A stretch of DNA of 63,962 nucleotides, filler included, from Octopus bimaculoides (lineage: Eukaryota): the NCBI RefSeq assembly GCF_001194135.2. It is 5 parts of 5 records of this genome, joined end to end, with 100 filler letters (N's around TTAATTAATTAA, not from the genome) between each part and the next. Parts side by side here need not be neighbours in the genome. Positions count along the whole stretch, not along the records: positions 1 to 23,383 come from NC_068989.1; 4 more parts are not named here. The stretch is one strand, 5' to 3'. A model generated the notes under the pieces. It did not search any database. It worked only from the letters and a program-made list of their open reading frames with translations, and was not told where the DNA came from. Made by a program: the position numbers and the translations under genes. Below, piece after piece: positions 1-12,413 of the stretch; position 1 is the stretch's first letter, and each line of letters begins with the position of its first letter.

Positions 1-31
<31 letters not shown>

Positions 32-808
32 AAATCAGTTTACTACAACTAATATGAAATTGTCGGATAGACAGCCGCCCAGTAAGAACCAAGCTGATAA
101 TACAGAAGCATATCCAAAAAAGCATATAGACGACAGATAAATCATTTAAAGATATTTAATATGAAAAACTAAAGGCGTTCCATACTTTGATACGTTTGTT
201 GTGATAAAAGTCATAAGTTCAAAGCAGATTCACTATCAGATTTTTTTTCCGTTCAGTGAATACAGTATGGAACAGAGAAGCTTTAAAAAGCAACAAACTA
301 CAGCAGCATTGAGGAGAGATGAAGATACGGTTTATAGATGAGTTTTACCATTGCATATATTTCTGATATACACCCAATGCACGAGCAGGGATCCGCAAAT
401 AAACATATACATGCATTCAAGGACACGGATATGCATATGTATGTGTGTGCATGTATGTGTGTGTGTGCATGTATGTATGTATGTATGTATGTATCTATCT
501 ATCTATCCATATATATATANNNNNNNNNNNNNNNNNNNNNNNNNNNNNNNNNNNNNNNNNNNNNNNNNNNNNNNNNNNNNNNNNNNNNNNNNNNNNNNNN
601 NNNNNNNNNNNNNNNNNNNNNNNNNNNNNNNNNNNNNNNNNNNNNNNNNNNNNNNNNNNNNNNNNNNNNNNNNNNNNNNNNNNNNNNNNNNNNNNNNNNN
701 NNNNNNNNNNNNNNNNNNNNNNNNNNNNNNNNNNNNNNNNNNNNNNNNNNNNNNNNNNNNNNNNNNNNNNNNNNNNNNNNNNNNNNNNNNNNNNNNNNNN
801 NNNNNNNN

Positions 809-861
<53 letters not shown>

Positions 862-1394
862 ATACATTGACAATTTTTCATTGCTTTTCTATTCAGTATG
901 TGTTTATTCATCCGTATATACATACTTATATGCAAGCATGCATACGTACATACATACATACATACATACGTATATACATACGTACATACGTACATACATA
1001 CATATATACGGTTCATACATGCATACATACTCGTGTACCTATACATAAATATACACTTACATACACACGCATACAAATATATTCGTATGTGTATGATCAA
1101 TAATTCTATGTCTATGAATATATGTATTTCAAAATATATAAATGAATAGATAGATACACTTAAACATATGTATGTATTATATGAATGAACGAAACTTGTA
1201 ATCCTAGATTGCCATTAATAAGACATTTGTAACATTTATCAGCAGAAATAAAATTATAATATAAACCAAAGCCTATTTTCATTTCACTTCCATTCAATTC
1301 ACATCTACGTTACTCAGATCTGGATACAATTACACATTTTGAATGTATGTCCTAATACACTTAAACACACGCGCGCGAGCGCGCACACACGCAC

Positions 1395-1456
<62 letters not shown>

Positions 1457-1978
1457 NNNNNNNNNNNNNNNNNNNNNNNNNNNNNNNNNNNNNNNNNNNN
1501 NNNNNNNNNNNNNNNNNNNNNNNNNNNNNNNNNNNNNNNNNNNNNNNNNNNNNNNNNNNNNNNNNNNNNNNNNNNNNNNNNNNNNNNNNNNNNNNNNNNN
1601 NNNNNNNNNNNNNNNNNNNNNNNNNNNNNNNNNNNNNNNNNNNNNNNNNNNNNNNNNNNNNNNNNNNNNNNNNNNNNNNNNNNNNNNNNNNNNNNNNNNN
1701 NNNNNNNNNNNNNNNNNNNNNNNNNNNNNNNNNNTATATCAAGTGTGAGAAAAGAAACTGAAGTTGAAACTTCGCTAATTGTTACTCTAAGTGCCTTGTA
1801 GCCGATTTGCGGACGATTATAGACGCATGAAACATAAAAATCTAGTACACAATAATCATTTATGGAAATGGCTCAGGATTTAATAAACTTGTATGTTTCA
1901 CTAGGTGGGAGAACCAAATTCACAGCTACACAGTCATCTACTACGAAAGCGTTGATAACCTTCAAGTAACGGTTGCAG

Positions 1979-2009
<31 letters not shown>

Positions 2010-2014
2010 CCTTA

Positions 2015-2225
2015 TTTCTTTATTCTTTTACATGTTTCACTAATTTGACTGCGGCCATACCGGAGCAACAACTTGGAGGGATTTAAGTAGAAGAAATCAG
2101 CCCCAGAGGTTATACTTTAAGCCTAGTACTTATTCTATCGATCTTCATTGCCGAACCGCTAAGTTACAGGGACGTAAACACACTAACACCGGTTGTGGTG
2201 ATGGAGTGGACAAACACAGGCACAT
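2015..2225 (-). mobile_element. SINE family B, 3' half
   Basis: Reverse complement of the GACTGAAACA-GTAAAAGA tail and CTTAGCGGTTCGGC core seen in fuller copies at 39427 and 59568. Confidence 0.8.
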
Positions 2226-2227
2226 CG

Positions 2228-2380
2228 ACTCCAGTGCACAACTGGTACTTATTTTATCGACCCTGATAGGATGAAATGCACAGTCGACCTCGGCGGAATG
2301 TGAATTCAGAACTAAAGACGGACGAAATGCCGCTCAACACTTCGTCCGGAGTGCTAACGATTCATCCAACTCAACGTCTT
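2228..2380 (-). mobile_element. SINE family A (tRNA-like head)
   Basis: TTTTATCGACCC..GGATGAAA..GTCGACCTCGGCGGAAT..GAACTCAGAAC core shared with 15985, 19064, 57560 and 62095. Confidence 0.8.
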
Positions 2381-2639
2381 AATACTTGTATATAAGCACA
2401 TATATTAGCATACTTTAAAGTATCATGTCCGACGCACGTGTGTTTCTGGCAGCAGTATATTCTTTAATCTAGGAATATAGTTCAGTTCCGGCAGACACTA
2501 AAGGCGGGTTGAGATAAATATTGTTATTCACATTATCAGTGAAGCAAACAAGATAATCTGAATCCTCATATTCAGGTTGAGTCTGAATGAAGTTATATAT
2601 AGGTTTACAAATAAGATTTTTAACAGTTTAAAGTAAGCT

Positions 2640-3110
2640 TACAGAATGAATCCGATAACATTTATGCTGAAATGTAATTTTTCAGGATCCATCCATCCAA
2701 CTTTTCCGCCTGCAATCCCTTTGAAAGTTGTTGGGATAGAGTTCTCAGTCATCTTCTTACTAGGAAATAAATGCTATTCCATTTTTCATCTGGATCCCAG
2801 TGAGATTATGAATGTATTATCCAACCATCTCGTTATTAGGTCTCCTACTGGTTGGCTCAGCTTCAAGAATCCGTCATGCGATTCTTTCTAGCGACATCCT
2901 TATCACATGTCTATTATAAAAGCTGTAACCTCTCAACGTTGAGAAATATTGACTCTGCTTAGAGAGACTCCCTGATCTCCAAGCTATGCTTACTATCGAG
3001 TAACGTTACTCCAAAGATCCTTCCGAGGAGCCATATTTCAGTCGCTTATATTCGCGATCTTACCCTTCAGGACATCACCAGACAGTCTTAAACAAAAGCA
3101 TGAAAACCAA
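2640..3110 (-). mobile_element. RTE-clade LINE 3' fragment (decayed)
   Basis: Minus-strand translation contains HVIRMSLERIA*RILEAEPTSRRP, typical of the RTE ORF C-terminus; in-frame stops present. Confidence 0.65.
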
Positions 3111-3509
3111 AGAAGGTTGTAAAGGACACAGGTTCATGTGTCACATAGCTAGCTAGAGGCGATGGCCTCTTGGAGCTAATCCACGGCAGCATTCGTCCTA
3201 TTTTGGGGACTGCCATGTTGGCTTGGCGATAACTATTAATTTCCAGTACCGCTGCCGTAGTCTCCTTTAAAGAGTCTTAGAAATATTAATATATCTATTA
3301 ATGAGAAATAATTTATAAGTATATTATTTGTAAGCGGCAAAATTCTTAGCGACTTTTCATCTGTCTCTACGTTCTGTGGGTCTTTTGTAATGACTCATAA
3401 ATAAACACACACTATTATTCAGTAAATTTGTACACCGTTTACAAACTTTATGCTTGGAATGACCTATTTGAAATACTATTGGAACTTACACACAAGGTAC
3501 GAGAATCTT

Positions 3510-3594
3510 ATATGTATACCATTCTACCTAAATAATGGAACTGCATATACAATATCTCTGCATATCTCACGTCAGTAAATTCTCACAATACAAT
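3510..3594 (+). mobile_element. Possible R4-type LINE extreme 3' remnant
   Basis: Ends CATATCTCACGTCAGTAAATTCTCACAATACAAT, resembling the end of the 44672-44924 fragment (CATGTTACGTAGACTCTTCACAATACAAT). Confidence 0.4.
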
Positions 3595-3599
3595 GGGGT

Positions 3600-4130
3600 C
3601 ACAAGAATAAAAAGGTATTGCAACAATGAAAGTGGTAGTAATTAAAATAACAGCAAAAATGGCCAATACAATAGCAACAGTGAAGACAGTAGCAACAGTA
3701 ACAGTAAAGACAGATTGGTCACGGTTGGAACGGATTTTGGTCAAAAGCTTGATCGATTAGGGACTGATCTGCGATGAAACAACAACAACAACGACAACAA
3801 TATGAAAACAGAAAAAAATCGATGACGGCAAGAAGAACAAAAATGCATAAGACAATGCACAAAAAGAAGAACAACAACAAAAAAACTGGTTATGTCAATG
3901 ACAATAACAACAATAACAAGAACGACAGCGGGGCGCTGCATTCGTAAGTAAACACATAGAATAAAGATACGACGACGAAGATGACGCGACAGTAACAACA
4001 ACAAAAACAATATCCTACCCACTCCCCCTGAACTAGCGTCACTACAATTGAGATCGTTATCATTCATGGACACCTCCATCACCACACTTATCATTACCAC
4101 CGCCGCCAACAGCACCAATACTGCCGTAGC
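3600..4130. repeat. Degenerate trinucleotide (AAC/AAT/GAC/CAC) low-complexity tract
   Basis: Runs of aacaacaac, gacgacgaa, accaccgcc throughout. Confidence 0.8.
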
Positions 4131-4264
4131 CATATTGGGCTTGATGTAATTGTACTTTCAACATGTTATAACCATACAACATGGAACCCCTTCTCCCCTA
4201 TAACTTTCAAAGTGTGACGCCGATGCATACATATATCCCCTCACACACACATATACACATATAC

Positions 4265-4610
4265 GTCCAGGTGTGGCTGTGTGGTAAGAAGTTTGCTTCC
4301 CAACCACATGGTTTCGGGTTCAGTCTCACTGCGTGACACCTTGGGCATGTGTCTTCTACTATAACCGTGGGCTGACTAAAGCCTTGTGAGTAGAGTTGGT
4401 AGACGGAAACTGAAAAACTCCCGTCGTATATATATATAGGCGTGTGTATGTCTTTGTGTCTGTGTTTCTTCGCTCATCACAGTGGCTCGGTAAAAGAGGC
4501 CGATAGACTAAGTACCAGGATTACAAAGAATAAGTCCGGGGCCGATGTCTTCGACTAAAAAGTGGTGCCTCATCATGGCTGCAATCAAATGACTGAAACA
4601 AGTAAAAGAA
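4265..4610 (+). mobile_element. SINE family B, near full length
   Basis: Head GTGGCTGTGTGGTAAGAAG (A-box-like) ... GGTTTCGGGTTCAGTC (B-box-like), internal TA/TG linker, tail GACTGAAACAAGTAAAAGA. Confidence 0.9.
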
Positions 4611-4620
4611 TAATATATAT

Positions 4621-4998
4621 CTCTTTTTTGCTTGTTTCAGTCATTTGACTGCGGCCATGCTGGAGCACCGCCTTTAGTCGAGGAAATCGACCCCAGGACA
4701 TATTCTTTGTAAGCCTAGTACTTATTCTATGCTGAACCGCTAAGTTACGGGGACGTAAACACACCAGCATCGGTTGTCAAGCGATGGTGGGGGGACAAAC
4801 ACAGACACACAAACACACATACATATATATATATACATATATACGACGGGCTTCTTTCAGTTTCCGTCTACCAAATCCACTCACAAGGCTTTGGTCGGCC
4901 CGAGGCTATAGTAGAAGACACTTGCCCAAGGTGCCACGCAGTGGGACTGAACCGAGAACCATGTGGTTGGTAAGCAAGCTACTTACCACACAGCCACT
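4621..4998 (-). mobile_element. SINE family B, near full length, tail-to-tail with previous copy
   Basis: Reverse complement of the family B consensus from tail (CTTGTTTCAGTCATTTGACTGCGGCC) to head (CTTACCACACAGCCACTC). Confidence 0.9.
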
Positions 4999-5179
4999 CA
5001 TGAATGTATGTACACACAATCAATATAACTGAAGAGTGGACAGACAATACAAAACCTTAATCTATATCTGTATGAGAATCGGAGAAGCAGTTGAACTTCT
5101 TGTTTCCTTTCGATTAAGCGTGTATGTGTGCACATACATCGTACATGCACGGACACGCCACGCATATACATACATACAT

Positions 5180-5264
<85 letters not shown>

Positions 5265-5479
5265 CTATTTTACTATTATGCTAGTTTTTTTTTGTTTTGC
5301 TGATTTTTTTTTATTTTACCACCATGACCTCCACCATCATCGCTACCATCACACCACCACCGCATTCGTCAAATATAATCGAATATACTAAGAAAGGCCG
5401 TGTTCAGACGGACGTCTGACAACATATTGTATATACAACTGAAAACGATACTTTTTATAAAAAGAACGATAAAAGATTG

Positions 5480-6440
5480 TGAGACATTCACCTCTTTCAC
5501 TAAAAGTCTGGTATAAACCATCAACCGAATCTAAGTGAAATAACTATAGAATCACAAACAAGATGCGACTAAACGAAAGAAAATTTAAACTGATGCATTT
5601 TGGAAAATAAGACTATGCTAAAACAATCATATTCTCTTCCTCCAGAGGAACCACTCACAACATCTAATAATATCAGAGACCTAGGAGTAAATCTCACCAT
5701 TAAACGAAATCTGGTAAAATTCTTCAAGGGATACCAAATAAGCCACCCATACTTGAATACAACTCGCTCATCAAGAACTCATTACTTGATTCTCAGCTGG
5801 AATGCCCACATCAACAATAAAGTCGAATTAGCGTGTAAGATGAGCGCCTGGATCCAAAGAACCTTCCAGTCCAGAGAACAAGGTGTCATTATTCCTCTTT
5901 TCTTCTTCTTTCTACGCCCACACCTAGAATACTGCTGCTCCCTCTGGTCTTTCCACACAAAACAAAACATTTCGTAAACTGAATCGCCTCAAAGGGCGTT
6001 CATTAAAAAAATTAAGAGCATAAATAATCTCAATTATTGGCACAACCTTAAAGTATTGAAACTCTATTCTCTCTAGTGCCGCCGTGAGTGAAACATCATT
6101 TGCACAACGTGGAGAATATAACACCAGCATTGCCCAAACGACCTCAACATTAGTTTCAGAATTCCTCCACGGCTAGGACAACGTACCATACGTTCCCTCC
6201 AAAATTCAAGATCCCAACACAAATATTTATTCCCCTCAACAGGCCCTGACCTATTTAATATTGTCTTAAAACAAATCAAAGAGTAAAAATGTCCCATCAC
6301 CGTTAAACGAAATTTGGAGAAATTCCTTCTAGAGATACCAAATAAGCCACATATATCTGGATACAATTCACTCAACAAGAACTCGCAACTTGAATAGGCC
6401 ATGATACCACAAAACTTGACGTAAAAAGGATTTAACAAAT
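5480..6440 (+). mobile_element. CR1/Jockey-group LINE 3' fragment (RT C-terminus to 3' end), decayed
   Basis: Translations KFKLMHFGK, IRDLGV, LSWNAHI, RPHLEYCCSLW, LKVLKLYSL, GPDLFNIV match the conserved post-RT motifs of this LINE group. Confidence 0.85.
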
Positions 6441-6544
6441 CCTACAAGGTGGTGCTATTAATTTAGCCTGGGCGAATCTTTGGTCAAACATATCTAAGTT
6501 TAAGTTTAAGTTTATATATATATAAAAATACATATATATACATA

Positions 6545-6696
6545 TGGGCGCACAAGCGTCTTGTGGTAAGAAGCTTGCTTCCCAACCACATGGTTCCGCG
6601 TTCAGCTCCACTGCTTAGCACCTTGGGCAAGGTGTATTCTACTATAGCCTCGGGCTGACCAAACCCTTGCGAGTGGGCTAGGTAGACGGAAACTGA
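6545..6696 (+). mobile_element. SINE family B, 5' half running into TA repeat/gap
   Basis: TGTGGTAAGAAGCTTGCTTCCCAACCACATGGTTCC..GGTAGACGGAAACTGA. Confidence 0.85.
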
Positions 6697-7970
6697 ATGA
6701 ACTTCTTCATATATATATNNNNNNNNNNNNNNNNNNNNNNNNNNNNNNNNNNNNNNNNNNNNNNNNNNNNNNNNNNNNNNNNNNNNNNNNNNNNNNNNNN
6801 NNNNNNNNNNNNNNNNNNNNNNNNNNNNNNNNNNNNNNNNNNNNNNNNNNNNNNNNNNNNNNNNNNNNNNNNNNNNNNNNNNNNNNNNNNNNNNNNNNNN
6901 NNNNNNNNNNNNNNNNNNNNNNNNNNNNNNNNNNNNNNNNNNNNNNNNNNNNNNNNNNNNNNNNNNNNNNNNNNNNNNNNNNNNNNNNNNNNNNNNNNNN
7001 NNNNNNNNNNNNNNNNNNNNNNNNNNNNNNNNNNNNNNNNNNNNNTATATATATATATATATATATGCGTGAGAGTGCACGTACATGCTTATGTATGCAT
7101 TTATACTAGCATATACACATGTATAAGTAGTCAAATGAATTAACATGCAAACAGACATGCAGTGACACTCCCCCACGCACACGCATACACACACATGCAC
7201 ACATGCATACACACACATGCATACACACTCATGAATGTACATAAGGAGATATATGAAATATGTAAGCAGAAGGCAGAGTCTGTAAAAACGTGCTTGGGTG
7301 CCAGTTTATAGCAGTAGTGGGAAAGTGCAAGATTAAGTGACCTTTAGAAATGAGTCAAGATGCCAATTCATGCTTTTTTTTTTTTCAGGGGAACGACAAA
7401 CAGTATCTAACATGGCGCCCATAACTCTGCTCTATTCTCACTGTGTACTTTTACAACAACCGGCATCTGAGAATATCCATCTCCCTTTCTCTATCTCACT
7501 CTATTTCATTAATCGAATGAAGCAAGTAATGACCCAATCGGTCCTCACCAACGATCTGGAAATAAACACGAACTCTCTCTCTCTCTGTCTCTCGCTCTCT
7601 CACACACACACGCACGCACACACTTACATATACTATCTCATATATAGTCTGCGATATACACACATATATATTACAAAAGAGAGCATTCACCATTCTATCT
7701 TTTATAACTGCCAACCCCGAAGAGTGTAGAGTTACATAATCGGACAGACACATAACATCCAGTTGGACTCCCCAGTGAGAAACCCATTGGTAAGATCAGC
7801 CGTAGTGGCTATATATGAACACTTCGAGTAATAATCGTAGTGTAAATCATACATAACTATCATTATATATATATCTGTATATGTATATATTATATATTTT
7901 TTCATAATTACGTACATGTATGAATATGTATGTATGCGTGTGTGTGTGTATATATATATATATATATCTA

Positions 7971-8041
<71 letters not shown>

Positions 8042-8812
8042 GTGTGTGCATGTGTCTGCCTGAGTTTTTGTGTATAAGTATATATATATGCGCCTATGCA
8101 TGTGAGTGCGTCTATGTATATTTATATAACCGTACACATCACTGTAGTTTAGATTAGGGCAGTTACCTGTCCGAATACATGCGCGTGTATGAGAGTGTTT
8201 GTGCATGTGTGTGTGTGTGAGTGTGTGCGTTTCACTTCTCCACCCATAGACATATAACATATCCCCTTTTCTCTGCACTCATATTCCCATATATCATGCG
8301 TATAAAATATGCCTTTGTGTGATATCTTCGAATGCTATTTCTAAACTCAAACGTATTTACCTCGGTCAAACATTCACCCTCAACTTTCTCCCATCCCATC
8401 TATTCTTCTGATCTAAGTCTGTAAACACTAATTCTTGAATGTACAGAAATTCTGTGTGCTCTTGCAGTGGCAACTACAAAGATTTCTTCGATATGGAAAT
8501 CCAATATGGTAAAAAAAATATGTATATATAAAATAAAACAGAAAGTATAGAATAGAAAAATGAAAGCAATCTCCTAGTTCTTTCAAGTCGTATATTGATT
8601 TTTCATATTGGAAGTTACAAGGCCACATATTGTAAGATAAAGGAATAGAGCAGGCGACTAAATCGATATGAATTCACTGTATAATTGCTAAATATATTTA
8701 TGGTGTGGCCTCTTGGTGTATAAAAGTTACTTAATTCGGTTTGCATGGCTTCGGCGATTTGAACTCATAGACGGAACATTACTAGTTGAAACATATATAC
8801 ATTGTATGAGTA

Positions 8813-8844
<32 letters not shown>

Positions 8845-9441
8845 CGCGCGTTTGTGTGCGTATGTATGTGTTTGGGTGTGTATTTGTGTGAGTGATTTTC
8901 AGGTGCCTCACTATCTCTCCCTCTCATATATATATATATANNNNNNNNNNNNNNNNNNNNNNNNNNNNNNNNNNNNNNNNNNNNNNNNNNNNNNNNNNNN
9001 NNNNNNNNNNNNNNNNNNNNNNNNNNNNNNNNNNNNNNNNNNNNNNNNNNNNNNNNNNNNNNNNNNNNNNNNNNNNNNNNNNNNNNNNNNNNNNNNNNNN
9101 NNNNNNNNNNNNNNNNNNNNNNNNNNNNNNNNNNNNNNNNNNNNNNNNNNNNNNNNNNNNNNNNNNNNNNNNNNNNNNNNNNNNNNNNNNNNNNNNNNNN
9201 NNNNNNNNNNNNNNNNNNNNNNNNNNNNNNNNNNNNNNNNNNNNNNNNNNNNNNNNNNNNNNNNNNNNNNNNNNNNNNNNNNNNNNNNNNNNNNNNNNNN
9301 NNNNNNNNNNNNNNNNNNNNNNNNNNNNNNNNNNNNNNNNNNNNNNNNNNNNNNNNNNNNNNNNNNNNNNNNNNNNNNNNNNNNNNNNNNNNNNNNNNNN
9401 NNNNNNNNNNNNNNNTGTGTGTGTGTGTGTGTGTACATCTA

Positions 9442-9660
9442 CAATAACCCCTCGACTATCGCGGGTGTTATGTCCCAACCCATCCACCCGCGAAGTAGAA
9501 ACAGTACTGTATATTTTTTTTTTATTATTTTTATAATTTCTATATATTTATTTTATTATAGATACAAAACGACGCTACAGAGTAATCGACGCAAGCTTAG
9601 ATAATAAACCGCGATAAGTGAACCGCGATAGTTGAATCGCAATATGGCGAAGGATTATTG
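9442..9660 (-). mobile_element. Tigger/pogo-like MITE
   Basis: TA|CAATAACCCCTCGACTATCGCGG ... CGCAATATGGCGAAGGATTATTG imperfect TIRs; reverse-complement homolog of 45392-45616. Confidence 0.75.
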
Positions 9661-9859
9661 TGCACAATCTATATTTTGCGTCATATGTATATTTATACAT
9701 ATCAACATATATTCCAGGCTACAATGATATAAGAATCTGTTTAGAGTTATAATTTATATAACATACACAACCATTGCTGCCATCCGCGAGCGCTTCTATC
9801 TCGGTTGTTTGTGCCGTTTGGGTATATCTTTATAGCTGCAAATATAGTGACAGACTTAG

Positions 9860-10090
9860 CCCCACCTCTCAGCACTCTCACCGTTAATCTAGTGGAATAT
9901 CGAAGATGTCCTGAAATGAAGGCGATACAGTTGCACCACTACTCAGCCTGTTCTCATTTCAGCTGAAACGACTGGAGTATCGTGTAATTATATCCCTCAC
10001 TTAAGAACGCAGCGTAGCTAGCCGGTTCAGAAATCGAAACTACTACCGTCTGATTCTGAGCTGAACAACCTAACCACTGGGCCTGTGTAC
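9860..10090 (-). mobile_element. SINE family D, decayed
   Basis: Minus head GGCCCAGTGGTTAGG..GTTTCGATT; body resembles 29570-29853. Confidence 0.55.
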
Positions 10091-10769
10091 ATTCCTTTGT
10101 ATTAACGTTATCATTGTAGAAAGGAGACTTCAGGAATTTATAATTATACGCATTTACGCAGGATAACATTCACAGAAACACTAGAAGGTATTTTACACAT
10201 TATGTGCGCATACTAATGCGTCCTAAAGTGTTTAAGTAAACATAAGTGTATATGATACATCATATATTCATGCTCAAATATTCACGTACACACACATACT
10301 TGCATGTACACACATATATTTGTATATGGATATAGGGTTGTACATGAGTTCGTTCATAGACACACACACGTGTATGTGTATGATTCTGTAGGTGTGTTTG
10401 CTTAGAAATATGTACATCTCTAAATCACACACACCCTCATATATGTACTGGCATGCTTATATTCATATATAAGCATAAACAACATTAGCATATATACGTA
10501 AATTGATGCATATATGGCTATTTGTATTAATTCCTCTTTAGATAGATACAAATAATTGCATTCACCAACATGCGCACGTGCACATACTTAATACGACATG
10601 AACAAATCAAAATACACACATACCATGCATACACATATATATACTCACATGCACGCGCACATGCAAGCATTCACTTAAAGCTCAACGGAAGATAAACAAC
10701 GGAATCCGTAAAGCGGTGACACAGGCATGCGTAGACATGGAGGCAACGAGTACGCTATAAGACAGTGAC

Positions 10770-11190
10770 AGAGTCTCTACGTTGTCGCTTGACCTGCTAA
10801 ACATAGCAACTAAGTCTACTTGAAATTATTCTGTTGCCTTCAATAAAAGAACAAATTAGATAATATCATTTTAATTAAAGTCAAGATGGTCATGTCTAGA
10901 TTGCGTTTGATCGTAGAATACTTGCCAGGAATCATACAAATAAGCTCTTAAACAGAATGGACGAATCTGAAAAACCAAAAAAAGATATCATGGCCACGGT
11001 TGAATTTTATTTGCCCTTTGGTCTGATAAACCAGGATAGATTTAGGACTACACGACAGCAAACTCCAAGAAACAGTCGCCAAATCTCCCATAAGCCATAC
11101 TGGAACGCAGGCTGGATGGTGATATCTGGACTGCTTTTGACCATAAGTTTGCCAGCCCAGGGCTGATGTGGAACTAAACAAACAACAACA
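10770..11190 (+). mobile_element. Family E repeat tails (TGACCTGCTA-AATAGCA core; GGGCTGA-TGG..CTAAACAACAAC end), two fragments
   Basis: Similar segments at 40530-40760, 46420-46560 (minus) and 47555-47640. Confidence 0.5.
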
Positions 11191-11359
11191 GTCACAGCAA
11201 CACACATGTACACACAGGCGTATACGTATGAATTAATAAGAAATGTGAGTGTCTGCGCATGTGTGACTGTGTGTTTAACAATACAATTTTCGTGATAATT
11301 CTGTGATAGAGCGTTTGTCTATAAAACATAATAAAAACAAAGTAAAGTAATCCAACAGC

Positions 11360-11600
11360 CTCGAAGTGAAACTCTTCACTTCCGGTGCCTACAGGATGGC
11401 AGCCGTGCTGTTGGTTGTTAGACGGTTTGGGCCCCCTAGCGGGCAGCGATAGCTTTACAATAACTCTAAATCCTAGACAAACATGAAAACTAACTTTGCC
11501 ATTAAGTTGCTGTCAACTTTGATACCCTTAGCGTCATTTGATTGCTCATAGGGGTCGCTGTAAGCGATCCGACAATGGCGGAAGAAGAGGCAGTTAGTTA
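11360..11600 (+). promoter_or_regulatory. CpG-rich promoter-like island with ETS-like CACTTCCGG and YY1-like ATGGCGG/ATGGCAG motifs
   Basis: More than 10 CpGs in about 240 bp against a CpG-poor background; CACTTCCGG at 11377; ATGGCGG at 11575 followed by GTTAGT donor-like site at 11593. Confidence 0.35.
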
Positions 11601-11867
11601 TGAGGAAAGTTAATCCCCACACATACACACATGCACTCTCACACACACATATACACACATATACATGCGCGCAAACTCTCATACACGCAGGAGAGCCAGC
11701 AGAGCCATATGTGTGTATGTGCCTATACATGTATGTATATTTATACGTCCACGCGTGTATGCGCGTTTATAACTATTCATATATATATGCGGATGCGTGT
11801 GTGTATTATATATCTCTGTTCTCCCGTCTGTTACTCTCTCTCCTCTCACTCTTTCTCTCTCACGCTC

Positions 11868-11924
<57 letters not shown>

Positions 11925-12360
11925 CACTCTTCATATATACACACACACACACAAATATGTACGTATATGTGTATGTATGTGTATATACATATATACATAT
12001 ACGTATATATATGTATAAACAAATACACACACATACACACACACACTCTCTTTCTCACACACATATATACATATATGCATATGTGTATGTGTGTTTGTGC
12101 ACATAACATATGCACAAATTGATACATAGATATACGTACATAAATATATATTTGCAATTTTTATATCTATCTACTCTCATATATACGTATACATATATAT
12201 ATATATATATATATATANNNNNNNNNNNNNNNNNNNNNNNNNNNNNNNNNNNNNNNNATATAAGGAGCCCCACCCCCGTCGTATTTATACTTGTATATTC
12301 CTATTTGTATAATTCTATTTGTATATACCTCTCTCTGCACACACACACGAATATGTACAC

Positions 12361-12413
12361 TCACACATACATACATACATACATACATACATACATACAT
12401 ACATACATACATA
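12361..12413. repeat. (CATA)n microsatellite abutting the R4 element 5' junction
   Basis: Perfect catacatacata run. Confidence 0.95.

Noticed and set aside
338-1149. Long ORFs spanning N gaps or TA/CA/CATA repeats (also 14187-15203, 20413-20995, 25776-26675, 55467-56703, 58893-59651 and similar)
   Set aside because: Open only because N runs and stop-free dinucleotide/tetranucleotide repeats translate as X, YI, HT or CV runs.
3741-4133. 130-aa hydrophobic ORF on the minus strand
   Set aside because: Product of a degenerate (GTT/GTC/GGT)n tract; no domain signature.
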